Assembly (NCBI GenBank): GCA_016208085.1
Contig: JACQYT010000096.1
Span: 1-14,372, forward strand
Length of the DNA stretch: 14,372 nucleotides
Direction of reading: 5' to 3'
DNA from: Elusimicrobiota bacterium
GTDB lineage: Bacteria > Elusimicrobiota > Elusimicrobia > Elusimicrobiales > UBA9959
Part shown: one piece after another, positions 6,515 to 14,323 of the stretch
How the letters are laid out: the number at the start of each line of letters is the position of its first letter
Numbering within the stretch: the stretch's first letter is position 1
Program-made: the position numbers and the translations under genes
Notes under the pieces: model-generated
Databases searched by the model: none
What the model was told of the DNA's origin: nothing
Seen by the model: the letters and a program-made list of their open reading frames with translations, nothing else

Positions 6515-7579
6515 TCAGTGTTTTATCTTTGAGTCCACGCCGAAGATGTGGGAGATCAGGGCGGCCCGGGCCCACATGCCGTTGCGCTCCTGGCGCCAGA
6601 AAACGGCGCGCGGGTCTTCGTCCACCGAAACCTCTATCTCGTGGCGCCGCGGGAGCGGGTGCATGATAACGCAGGTCTTCTTAATGACCTTTAGATGTTC
6701 ATGTTTGAAATAAAAAGGGGAATAATCCACTTTTTTTGACTCGCCGGACTTGTCGTGCTCGTCCTGGATGCGGGTCATGTAAATAGCGTCCGCGCCGTCC
6801 ATCACCGATGAAAAATCCCCGGTCTCGGTATACGGCATCTTGTGCCGCTTTAAAAACTCCAGGATGTCCTGTTCCATCCGGAACTGCTCCGGGGACACGA
6901 AGGCCAGCTTTATGTTCTTATAGTTTTTCATCAGGTAAGTGAGCGAACGTACGGTTCTGCCGCGCTTTAAATCTCCGACCATCACTATCGTTTTATTGTC
7001 CATCTCGCCGTTAAAACTCCTGTAAAGCGTGTAGGTGTCAAGCAACGCCTGGGTCGGGTGCTGGTCCTTGCCCGAGCCGCCGTTTATGATCGGCACCGGC
7101 CTGTTGGTGCGGTTCATCAACCAGGCCGTTTTCTCCACGAAACCGGGCGCCGGATGCCGCATGATTATTAGGTCGACGTAGCTTGAGAACGTGCGCACGG
7201 TGTCCTCGGGGCTTTCGCCCTTCACTTCGGAGGAAGTGGAGGTGTCGCGTATCTCGGAGATCTTTATCCCCAGGATATGACAGGCGTTCAGAAAAGAAAG
7301 GAAAGTTCTGGTGGACGGCTGGACGAAATAAAGCATCGCCCGCCTGTCGGACAAAAGGTTGGAGACGAAGTCCATGCCTTCTTTATGCTGCGTCAGCGTC
7401 CTTAAAGCCTCGGCCGTCTTAAAAAGATTGGTCAGGATCTCGCGGTTGAACTGCTGGGCGAAAAGGCAGTCGTAAAGACGGCCCTCTTTGGCGAAAAAAG
7501 GCAACTTTTCCGAGATTTCTTTTGAGTAAAACTCGTCCCAATTGGCGTTTATGCTGGTCATCACCGGGGTTCTTTCCAT
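6515..7579 (-). CDS. aspartate/ornithine carbamoyltransferase-family protein of the ATCase type, divergent, with an N-terminal extension of about 45 aa
   Basis: Carries the signature motifs STRTF (canonical is STRTR), HPTQ, HPLP (ATCase-type; OTCases have HCLP) and YMTRIQDEH (canonical is TRxQxER). It is the last gene of the flotillin operon. The start at 7579 is preferred over 7561, with a weak AAGGCGG SD. Confidence 0.75.
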   Translation of the reverse strand: MERTPVMTSINANWDEFYSKEISEKLPFFAKEGRLYDCLFAQQFNREILTNLFKTAEALRTLTQHKEGMDFVSNLLSDRRAMLYFVQPSTRTFLSFLNACHILGIKISEIRDTSTSSEVKGESPEDTVRTFSSYVDLIIMRHPAPGFVEKTAWLMNRTNRPVPIINGGSGKDQHPTQALLDTYTLYRSFNGEMDNKTIVMVGDLKRGRTVRSLTYLMKNYKNIKLAFVSPEQFRMEQDILEFLKRHKMPYTETGDFSSVMDGADAIYMTRIQDEHDKSGESKKVDYSPFYFKHEHLKVIKKTCVIMHPLPRRHEIEVSVDEDPRAVFWRQERNGMWARAALISHIFGVDSKIKH

Positions 7580-7627
7580 TTTACCGCCTTGTGCGTTATC
7601 CCTCGCCGACCCTGTGCCGGGAAAAAG

Positions 7628-8242
7628 TCAGTTGGAAGCGTCCTGTTCCGGAAGCGGCGGCGGGGGGATGGTCCGGGGCATAGCGACGGCGCCCGCCGCG
7701 CCGGGGCCGCTGTCCCAGCCACCGGGCTTTTCCACTAGGTCCACCAGCCTCAGGTTCCCCAGGCCGTCCACTTTGACCCGCGCGACGAATTTGCCGCTGT
7801 TCCAGTTCTTCCGCTGGTCGTCCTCGCTGACGAAATATTTTTCTATGCCGTAGCGCAGCTGGGGGCCGCCCCAGCGGCCCTGCCTTTGGCCGCGGACCCA
7901 GAGCTTCCCGTCGGAGGCCGGCTTTTCCTCCGCGCAGGCCTGGGACCCGTACACCGGTAATTCCTGTCCGCCCGCGCTGACCGTCCTGCCCGTCGGCGAC
8001 AGGTGCACGTGGACGGGGTCTTTCCGTTCCGCCAGGACCCTTTCGCAATTGGTTCCCTTCGGGGTGGCGATTTCGTACCTGAGCGCCAGGTAGGTGCCGC
8101 TCAGCAGGTCCCGCGGATCCACCGGGAGCGTGTCCAGGCAGAACTCGGCCACGGACCGGGACGAGAAAGAGAAAAGCCAGCCGGCCCAGGCGACGAAGAA
8201 AGCGAGCTGCAGGATGATCACGAGGCGGAGCTTGTTATTCAT
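7628..8242 (-). CDS. GDYXXLXY-domain membrane-anchored protein
   Basis: An N-terminal TM helix is followed by VDPRDLLSGTYLALRYEI, which matches the DPRDLLRGDYxxLRY core of the GDYXXLXY family. AGGAGG lies just upstream. The start overlaps the upstream gene's stop by 8 nt. Confidence 0.7.
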   Translation of the reverse strand: MNNKLRLVIILQLAFFVAWAGWLFSFSSRSVAEFCLDTLPVDPRDLLSGTYLALRYEIATPKGTNCERVLAERKDPVHVHLSPTGRTVSAGGQELPVYGSQACAEEKPASDGKLWVRGQRQGRWGGPQLRYGIEKYFVSEDDQRKNWNSGKFVARVKVDGLGNLRLVDLVEKPGGWDSGPGAAGAVAMPRTIPPPPLPEQDASN

Positions 8243-9587
8243 GCTGCCTCCTGGCGTTGGCGGCTTCTATCAGCGATTTTCGTGTTTTGTTCAGGAAATA
8301 AGCCAGGGCGCCCAGCACCAGCCCGCTGACGATGAAAGCCATGCCGGTCTTCATCAGCGTTCCGAAGATATCCATGAACCGGGTGATGATGATAAGAAAG
8401 ATGACGGCGACCCCGCCGTTGATGCGTTTCTCGTCCGATTCCATCGAGCCGGAAACGATCAGGCCGAGCCCCGAGAGGATGATAAGAGCATTCGCTATAA
8501 CCGCTATAGGCTTGGCCCCGGCCTCGGTGGCTCCGAACATCAAGAAGGCGGAGACCATCGAGATGAGCAGCAGGGCTTTGGCCGCCCAGTCTGCGGTCTT
8601 TCCGCTCCCTCCGGCTTTGACCGGCCTTAACACCGTCAGGGCCACGGCCACGGCGAAAATGATCAAGGCCGCGACGACTCCGGAGGGGGAATCCTCCCCG
8701 CGCGGCGCATAGGAAGGCTTGTAGTGCCAGAAGAACGTCATGCCGTAGACCACGGCGAACCAGGCGAGCATGGGCAGTCGCCCCGGCCCTTCGCCGATGG
8801 AGCTGATGCCCAGCCACAGTACCGTCAGCGACGCGGCCGCCAGCAGAATGAACGCCGGGCTGTGCAGCTGGAAGAAGGTGGGGCTCACCAGCGCTATGAA
8901 GAGCCATATCAGCGTTCCGCCAGCGACCCTGTCGCGCCAGGCGAAGGCCTTGAGGCGCGCGAAATATACCCAGAACAGCGCGCAGAATACGAGAAGCACG
9001 GCCAGCCAATGCGTCCAGGGAAAAGCAAAGTCCCCGGAAGTGAACCGCCACTCGACCAGCGAGAACATATTGTTCGGCCGGAAAGCCCCGAAGTAAGCCA
9101 CGCCGAGGAGCAGGACCATAGACAGCGCCGCTGCGATCCTGCGCCCGGTGAAGAAGGCCAGCGGCAGGGAAATCAGCGCCCAGGCGGCGAACGGCTTGAC
9201 CGGGTCGCCGGAGAGCTGGAATACCTGCGCGTAGAGGCCTATGCCGATGGGTGGCATGAAGAACCAGATCACCTCGGCCGGGATGCCGACCGCGGGCTTG
9301 TCCTCCCAGCGTATCGCCGCCTCGGCGACGGCGGCGTAGGCCGCCAGGAAAACCGCTACCTTCGCGATAGCGCCTATCTTGTCCCAGTTGTGCGCGATTA
9401 TAAGGGAGAGGCCGCCGGCGATGAAAATGCCGGCTATGATGCTTATCCAGTGCGCCGCTTTGAACGAGGCGAACAGGCGCTGCGCGTAGATGTTTTCATA
9501 CAGCGCGTCCGCTTGCTGCGGGGTTATAGTCCCCGATGCGGCGGCCGCCGCGAGGTCCCGCTTAAGGCGCTTGTAATAGGAGGCCAT
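8235..9587 (-). CDS. polytopic membrane protein of the DUF2157 type (likely with a fused DUF4401-like region)
   Basis: The N-terminus (MASYYKRLKRDL...TITPQQADALYENI followed by a TM-rich region with NWDKIG) resembles the DUF2157 family, which is typically encoded next to GDYXXLXY proteins. It has at least 10 predicted TM helices. Assigned from recalled family features, with no search run. Confidence 0.65.
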   Translation of the reverse strand: MASYYKRLKRDLAAAAASGTITPQQADALYENIYAQRLFASFKAAHWISIIAGIFIAGGLSLIIAHNWDKIGAIAKVAVFLAAYAAVAEAAIRWEDKPAVGIPAEVIWFFMPPIGIGLYAQVFQLSGDPVKPFAAWALISLPLAFFTGRRIAAALSMVLLLGVAYFGAFRPNNMFSLVEWRFTSGDFAFPWTHWLAVLLVFCALFWVYFARLKAFAWRDRVAGGTLIWLFIALVSPTFFQLHSPAFILLAAASLTVLWLGISSIGEGPGRLPMLAWFAVVYGMTFFWHYKPSYAPRGEDSPSGVVAALIIFAVAVALTVLRPVKAGGSGKTADWAAKALLLISMVSAFLMFGATEAGAKPIAVIANALIILSGLGLIVSGSMESDEKRINGGVAVIFLIIITRFMDIFGTLMKTGMAFIVSGLVLGALAYFLNKTRKSLIEAANARRQHE

Positions 9588-9598
9588 TCAACTCGTCC

Positions 9599-11668
9599 CT
9601 ATTTCTTCTTCGTATCGTCGTCCCTGACGATCTTCATGCCGCCGGTCATCAGGCTGCCTATGAAAGCGGAAAGCATATTATTGCCGCCGCCGTCCGCGCC
9701 GCTGTTCACCACGACGTCCGGGGTTATCTTCACCTTGCCGTTGGAAACCTGTTTCATCACTTCTATCACGGACATCGGGGCCTGCCCGAGCGCCAGCGCC
9801 TGTTTGGTGTAGGCTTCAGCGGTCGCCTGCCCGATGGCGCGTATCTTTTCGCCCTCGGCCCGGCCTACGGCTTCAATGCCGGCGGCTATGCCTTCCTGCT
9901 CAAGCTTCGTGCTCTGCCCTTTGCCCTCGGCCAGGGTTATGGACTGCTGCTTCTGCTGGGTCGCTATCTGCACGTCTATCTCCGCCCTCACGAGATTGGG
10001 CTGCAAATCCGCCTGGGCTTTGGTCTTTTCCATTTCTTTGCGGCGGCCCTCGGCTTCCTGCTGCGCGTCGAACATGGATTTTTGCTGGGTGGCGACCACC
10101 TTGTTGGTCAGCGTCTGCATCAGCCTTTCCGGCAGCTTTATCTGGCAGATCAGCACGCTGACGCATTCCACGTAATATTTTTCAAGCTCCTCCATTATAT
10201 GCTGCTCGGCCTTACGCTGCTGCTCGTGACGGTCCTGCATGAACATCATCGCCTCGGAAGAGGAGGCCTGGTTTCTGAACGAACTGTCCACCAGCGGGTG
10301 AATGACCGCCTCTATCAGGTTGTTGATGGTGCCGATCCTGGCCACCATGTGCGGCGCCTGCTGCGGCTGGACCCGCAGTATGACCTTTACTTCCACGGTC
10401 ATCTCAAAACCGTCTTTTGAGACGATGGCCAGCGGGTCGAAAACCATCGGCACCCGCGTATCCGACTTCTGCTCCGCCCAGTCTATCGTGATGTTGGTGG
10501 TGGGGATTATATGCGGAGTGAAGGCCAGCTTGTTCAGATAATAGGTGCCGGGGCCCAGCACTTCGCGCTGTATGCCGCGGTAGCCCGGCTCCACCACATA
10601 ACGCTCCACGCCGACCTTTATCGGGTCCGGGGAGCCCGGCTGGGGTTTCGGAAGAATCGAAATCGGGTCCTTGCCGACGTTGGAAACTATTACCGCCACC
10701 TCGCCACGCTGCACCATCAGCACGTCGTCTAAGGTTGCGTCGAACATCAGCGGGTTTATATAGAAAGTGCCTGGCTTCAGGAAGTCAAACTGCGGGCCGC
10801 GCTGGCCGGCGTTGGCAAGAAAGGCCGCCGAATCCTGGAATTCGCCGGTGTTGCTGACGCTCCTGGCCACGTATTCGCCCAGCGGCAGTTGTTCGCCGTC
10901 GCGGGCGGTGACCAGCCCCACTTTTTTGGTCGGGATCACGGTGGCGTCTTTTATGACGACGTTGAACAGTTTTGAGTTTATCCGGTAGGAGCCCGGCAAA
11001 AGGATATCTATCTGCGGACCCTTCTGCCCGCCGTTCTCAAGGAAGGCCTGGCCGTTCTGGAAATTATCATGCCCCGCCGTTTTCTTGCCCAGCAGCCGCC
11101 CCGGGGCTATGGGCTGGCCGTCGGTTGCCACGGCTACGCCTATCTGGTTGTTCGGGATCCTGATTATCGGGGCCTTTGCCACTTTGAAAAGGTAAGGGTT
11201 GATCCTGTAAAGCCCGGGCGGCAGCAACTGGACCTGGGGACCCTTGTTCCCGCCGTTCCGCAGGAAGACCTCGCCTTCCTGGAAGAGATCGTGTCCTTCA
11301 ATAACCCCGCCGAAGATCTTTCCCGGGGCTACCGGCAGGCCGTCTATGGATTCCACGAGGCCCACTTCGTTCTCGCCGATAGTCGTCATCGGATGTTTTT
11401 CAACGCGGTAAAGGAAAGGGATCAGCAGGTGAAGGCCCGGCGGCAGGATCCTGGCCTGTATGCCGACTTCGTCCGGCATGGCGGCCACGCGGCCGCGGGG
11501 CATATTCTTTCCCAGCCAGCGCCGCTCTAAAACGGCAATCTGCGCTCCGCCCACCACGACGAAAGCGTTATAAAGAATGATAAAGACAAATAATATAAGG
11601 AATGCGGCCAGTATGGTCGTGCCCCCGCTGGCATTCAGTGCGTCCAGCAGCGCGGAAATATTGAGCAT
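9599..11668 (-). CDS. SPFH/Band-7 flotillin-family protein (YqiK-like), 689 aa, with internal tandem ~75-aa repeats
   Basis: N-terminal TM anchor. Four tandem repeats share G..D.FQ.G..FL.N.G..GPQ...L.PG.YRIN..LF. The C-terminus is an Ala/Glu/Lys/Gln-rich coiled coil (AEGEKIRAIGQATAEAYTKQALALGQ) typical of flotillins. A GGAGG SD lies 6 nt upstream of the ATG. Confidence 0.85.
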   Translation of the reverse strand: MLNISALLDALNASGGTTILAAFLILFVFIILYNAFVVVGGAQIAVLERRWLGKNMPRGRVAAMPDEVGIQARILPPGLHLLIPFLYRVEKHPMTTIGENEVGLVESIDGLPVAPGKIFGGVIEGHDLFQEGEVFLRNGGNKGPQVQLLPPGLYRINPYLFKVAKAPIIRIPNNQIGVAVATDGQPIAPGRLLGKKTAGHDNFQNGQAFLENGGQKGPQIDILLPGSYRINSKLFNVVIKDATVIPTKKVGLVTARDGEQLPLGEYVARSVSNTGEFQDSAAFLANAGQRGPQFDFLKPGTFYINPLMFDATLDDVLMVQRGEVAVIVSNVGKDPISILPKPQPGSPDPIKVGVERYVVEPGYRGIQREVLGPGTYYLNKLAFTPHIIPTTNITIDWAEQKSDTRVPMVFDPLAIVSKDGFEMTVEVKVILRVQPQQAPHMVARIGTINNLIEAVIHPLVDSSFRNQASSSEAMMFMQDRHEQQRKAEQHIMEELEKYYVECVSVLICQIKLPERLMQTLTNKVVATQQKSMFDAQQEAEGRRKEMEKTKAQADLQPNLVRAEIDVQIATQQKQQSITLAEGKGQSTKLEQEGIAAGIEAVGRAEGEKIRAIGQATAEAYTKQALALGQAPMSVIEVMKQVSNGKVKITPDVVVNSGADGGGNNMLSAFIGSLMTGGMKIVRDDDTKKK

Positions 11669-11747
11669 AAGAACCTCCGTTACCCCGAAAATACCGCTGA
11701 ACTTATTCTAGCTTATTTTACCCCCCGGAATAAAAATCCTTTTTAGA

Positions 11748-11776
11748 TTGTTCTGGGCGGGGATGTTTTATAGAAT
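11748..11776 (+). promoter_or_regulatory. candidate promoter (TTGTTC, 17 bp spacer, TAGAAT) for a leaderless 11785 gene
   Basis: TAGAAT at 11771-11776 ends 8 nt before the ATG at 11785, and a TTGTTC -35-like hexamer lies 17 bp upstream. No SD. It is located in the divergent intergenic region shared with the flotillin operon. Confidence 0.3.
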
Positions 11777-11784
11777 CTAACTGG

Positions 11785-13536
11785 ATGAAAGGCCTTATTC
11801 AGGACAAAGTTTCAAAGGTGTTTATTTTCGCGGGCGCGGCGCTGGCGGTGTCGGCGGTTTTTCTGCCGGTGATAAACCCGGACCTGTTCTGGCACCTGTC
11901 GGCGGGCCGGTATATGTTTGAACATCTCGCCGTGCCGCGCGCCGATTTTCTTTCCTGGACGATGCACGGCCGCCCCTGGCTGGATTTTGAGTGGCTGGCC
12001 CAGCTTATCTACTACGGGCTGTTCCTGAAAGGGGGGATGGCGGCGCTTTTCGCGTTCAAGGCCCTCATTCTGGCCCTCGCTGTTTTCGCGTTTTTTAAAA
12101 TAATAAAACTTCACCGGTCCGAAGATTCCGCTTTTTTTCTGCTGCCGTTATTCGCGGCCGGCCTTGTGACCAATTCCGACCTGCGGCCGGAGAACTTTTC
12201 AGTGCTGTTCTTCGTCCTGGTTTTCCGGCGGCTTGAGGTGATAAGGCTTAACCCATCTTACAGGCCGTTCGCCGCGGAACTGGCCTGGGCCGCGGCATTT
12301 TTCGCTTTCTGGACGAACCTGCACGCCGGGTACCTTTACGGCGCCGTACTTATAGCGTTTTATGCGGCCGGAAGTTTTTTTGAGGAAGCGCTGCCTTTCA
12401 TATACGGCCATAAATCCCGTATCCCCTTAGGCAAATGGGCGCAGTACCTTAAACTCCTGGCAGCGGGGGGCGCCGCAAGCCTGATAAACCCGTACGGGGC
12501 GCGGCTCTATGAGGTCATAGCCAATCACCTGCGGTACACAGACGTCCTGCAGGAATATATACAGGAATGGAAGCCGTTCGATCTGACCAATATCTACCAG
12601 TGGCCCTACCTGGCGCTTATGGGGCTGGCTTTCGGCCTGACGCTTTACAGGTTCTTAAAGACCAGGACCATGGTCTACGAGCATCTTATCGCGCTGCTGT
12701 TCTTTGCTTATTTCTCCTCAAATCACGCGCGCCACACGCCGTTTTTCTCGGTCACCGCGGCCGTCTGCCTGGCTGCGCTGCCGCTCTCCGCCGTTATGCG
12801 CCCCGTCCTTCGGGTGGTTTTTAAAATCTCCGTCATAGCCGTTTTCGCCGTTTATTACAGGACTTTTGTCTGGAGCCAGTATTCCGGCGTCGCGCGGTTC
12901 AATAATTATTCCGAAGGCCTGGCCGGATTTCTGCGGCACAACGCCGACCGCCTGGCCGGGCTTAAGATGTTCAACTACTGGGGCTGGGGCGGCTACCTCG
13001 GCTTCGCGCTTTCTCCACGGTACAGGGTGTTCGCGGACGGCAGATATATTTTCCACGAGTTTCTGGAAGAAATGGAAAATTCCCGGAACAGTCCGTCGGT
13101 CTGGGAAAATTTCAATCGCAAGTACGGCTTTGAGCTGATGGTGCTGAACAGGGATAAGACCAAAATAACGGTCAAACAGCGCCTTAAAAGCGGCCGCGAA
13201 ATAATTTCCCGGCGTCCCGCCTATCTCTTTTACCTGCCCAAAAAAGACTGGGCGGTCGTCTATTGGGATATAAAGACCCTCGTCCTGGTGAAGCGGGACG
13301 CCGCGGACGCGGCCTGGCTGGCCGGCAATGAATATAAGGTATTAAGACCGGACGACATGAACAATGTCGCGGCCGCCGCGCTTGACGGCGAGATAAGAAT
13401 GGGCGAGATAAACGGGGAAGCGCAAAGGTTAATGGGCCGGGCCGACGCCCCCGGACCGGCAAAGAACTATCTGGCGGACTGGCTGAAGCTTCTGGAAAAT
13501 CTCTGCAAGGAAAAGAACGCCAAATGCAAACCTTAG
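11785..13536 (+). CDS. polytopic integral membrane protein; GT-C-fold glycosyltransferase-like by inference
   Basis: 583 aa with about 10 TM helices in the N-terminal two-thirds and a soluble C-terminal domain. The first extracytoplasmic loop carries NPDLFWHLSAGRYM...DFLSWT..GRPWLDFEWL, an Asp-containing aromatic motif typical of GT-C enzymes. The specific family was not identified. Confidence 0.7.
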   Translation: MKGLIQDKVSKVFIFAGAALAVSAVFLPVINPDLFWHLSAGRYMFEHLAVPRADFLSWTMHGRPWLDFEWLAQLIYYGLFLKGGMAALFAFKALILALAVFAFFKIIKLHRSEDSAFFLLPLFAAGLVTNSDLRPENFSVLFFVLVFRRLEVIRLNPSYRPFAAELAWAAAFFAFWTNLHAGYLYGAVLIAFYAAGSFFEEALPFIYGHKSRIPLGKWAQYLKLLAAGGAASLINPYGARLYEVIANHLRYTDVLQEYIQEWKPFDLTNIYQWPYLALMGLAFGLTLYRFLKTRTMVYEHLIALLFFAYFSSNHARHTPFFSVTAAVCLAALPLSAVMRPVLRVVFKISVIAVFAVYYRTFVWSQYSGVARFNNYSEGLAGFLRHNADRLAGLKMFNYWGWGGYLGFALSPRYRVFADGRYIFHEFLEEMENSRNSPSVWENFNRKYGFELMVLNRDKTKITVKQRLKSGREIISRRPAYLFYLPKKDWAVVYWDIKTLVLVKRDAADAAWLAGNEYKVLRPDDMNNVAAAALDGEIRMGEINGEAQRLMGRADAPGPAKNYLADWLKLLENLCKEKNAKCKP

Positions 13537-13582
13537 GAGCCTCCGCATACTTTGTGTCAGAAAAATTCTTCGGAGGTTTGCC
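13531..13582. repeat. degenerate short copy of the 5293..5451 element's terminal repeats
   Basis: ccttaggagcctccgca (13531-13547) is identical to 5293-5309. An attcttcggaggtttgcc segment (13565-13582) resembles the right-arm sequence attctgcggaggctcct. The TAG stop of the upstream gene lies within the repeat in this copy, and the same is true for the 5197..5298 ORF and the repeat at 5293. Confidence 0.4.
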
Positions 13583-13649
13583 GAAAGAATGTCAAAATAG
13601 CCGCGCACTACCCTGGGCGAAATGCCGGCTTCCCTGGCCACATTGGCGT

Positions 13650-13775
13650 AATTACCTGAATTCCGCCTGATTTGTGTACACAACACTTTACAATTTCAGC
13701 AACTTCTTGTCGATGGTCTTCAAAATTAGTTCCTGTTTTTTTGTGAGCGTTACAACACGAGACAGTGTGAAACCT
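13650..13775. repeat. right, reverse-complement copy of the window-terminal inverted repeat (partner of 28..140)
   Basis: See feature 28..140. The copy contains the second small ORF. Confidence 0.5.
13688..13765 (-). CDS. second copy of the small ORF (LSRVVTLTKKQELILKTIDKKLLKL), with CTG in place of ATG
   Basis: Identical length and a conserved stop position relative to 37..111. Divergence is dominated by synonymous third-position changes (non-synonymous changes: R to K, A to T, I to L). The start codon is CTG in this copy, so expression is uncertain. Confidence 0.3.
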   Translation of the reverse strand: MSRVVTLTKKQELILKTIDKKLLKL

Positions 13776-14250
13776 TTTTTAAAATCCCGCAGGCAACAGG
13801 ATCCGGCGACAGATAATGCGGGGGAAGAAGGCCGGAAACCATAATATTTTCCAGGCTGAAGCCTTCCGTTTCCATGTGGGCCTTTCAGGATGAAGTTCGA
13901 ACCTACTTCGCGCAACATCCCGAGGAAACTTTATAAATTCCGCTTTTCCGGTCGTTCCCCGCGCTCCAGGGCGATTACCGCGAGATGCCGCACGGTCCGC
14001 AGGCTCGCCCACTCGCCGGCCCATTGGTGGGCCGGCTCCGGGCTCGCTCTGCTCCAGCGGAAACAGAGTTGTTTTTCATCTCATCACCCCCGGTTGCGCG
14101 GCCGGTTGGTCCCAACAGGCCTTCCCCGCCCGCTCCCGGCTTCGCCGTATAAATCGGAAAATTATCGCCCGCGCCCACTACAAAAAAAAGATCACAAAGA
14201 CTTCAGAATTGTTGTCATATAAGTTCAGGCTTAGGAATTTCAATGTTTGC

Positions 14251-14323
14251 TGTAGCGGTCGCATTCATGCGACGAATTTGTGCGATAAATCGCACCGCTA
14301 CAAAAGTTGCCCCCGAAGGGGGC
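14251..14323 (+). ncRNA. candidate small structured RNA or protein-binding palindrome, followed by a GC hairpin
   Basis: A 9-bp outer stem (tgtagcggt at 14251-14259 pairing with accgctaca at 14294-14302) encloses two similar hairpins, gtcgca-ttca-tgcgac and gtgcga-taaa-tcgcac. A 6-bp GC hairpin gcccccgaagggggc (14309-14323) follows. The unit is flanked by direct repeats TAGGAATTTC at 14232-14241 and 14338-14347. Strand is undetermined because the structure is near-palindromic. Confidence 0.3.

Noticed and set aside
6285-6713. 142-aa ORF on the + strand in the higB-pyrB intergenic region
   Set aside because: Arg/Ser/Pro-rich with no SD, and its 3' part is antisense to the ATCase-like gene. 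Treated as non-coding.
8724-9812. 362-aa ORF on the + strand
   Set aside because: It is entirely antisense to the 450-aa membrane gene and the start of the flotillin gene. Its Arg/Glu/Gly/Pro-rich low-complexity composition is typical of an out-of-frame reading of GC-rich coding DNA.
13880-13900. agttcgaac sequence resembling a tRNA T-loop
   Set aside because: No flanking T-stem, acceptor stem or D/anticodon arms could be paired on either strand.
13779-14222. ORFs of 81 aa (minus strand) and 110 aa (plus strand) in the right-hand tail
   Set aside because: Extreme Arg/Pro/Gly bias, no RBS, no recognisable domain. Consistent with non-coding GC-rich DNA.
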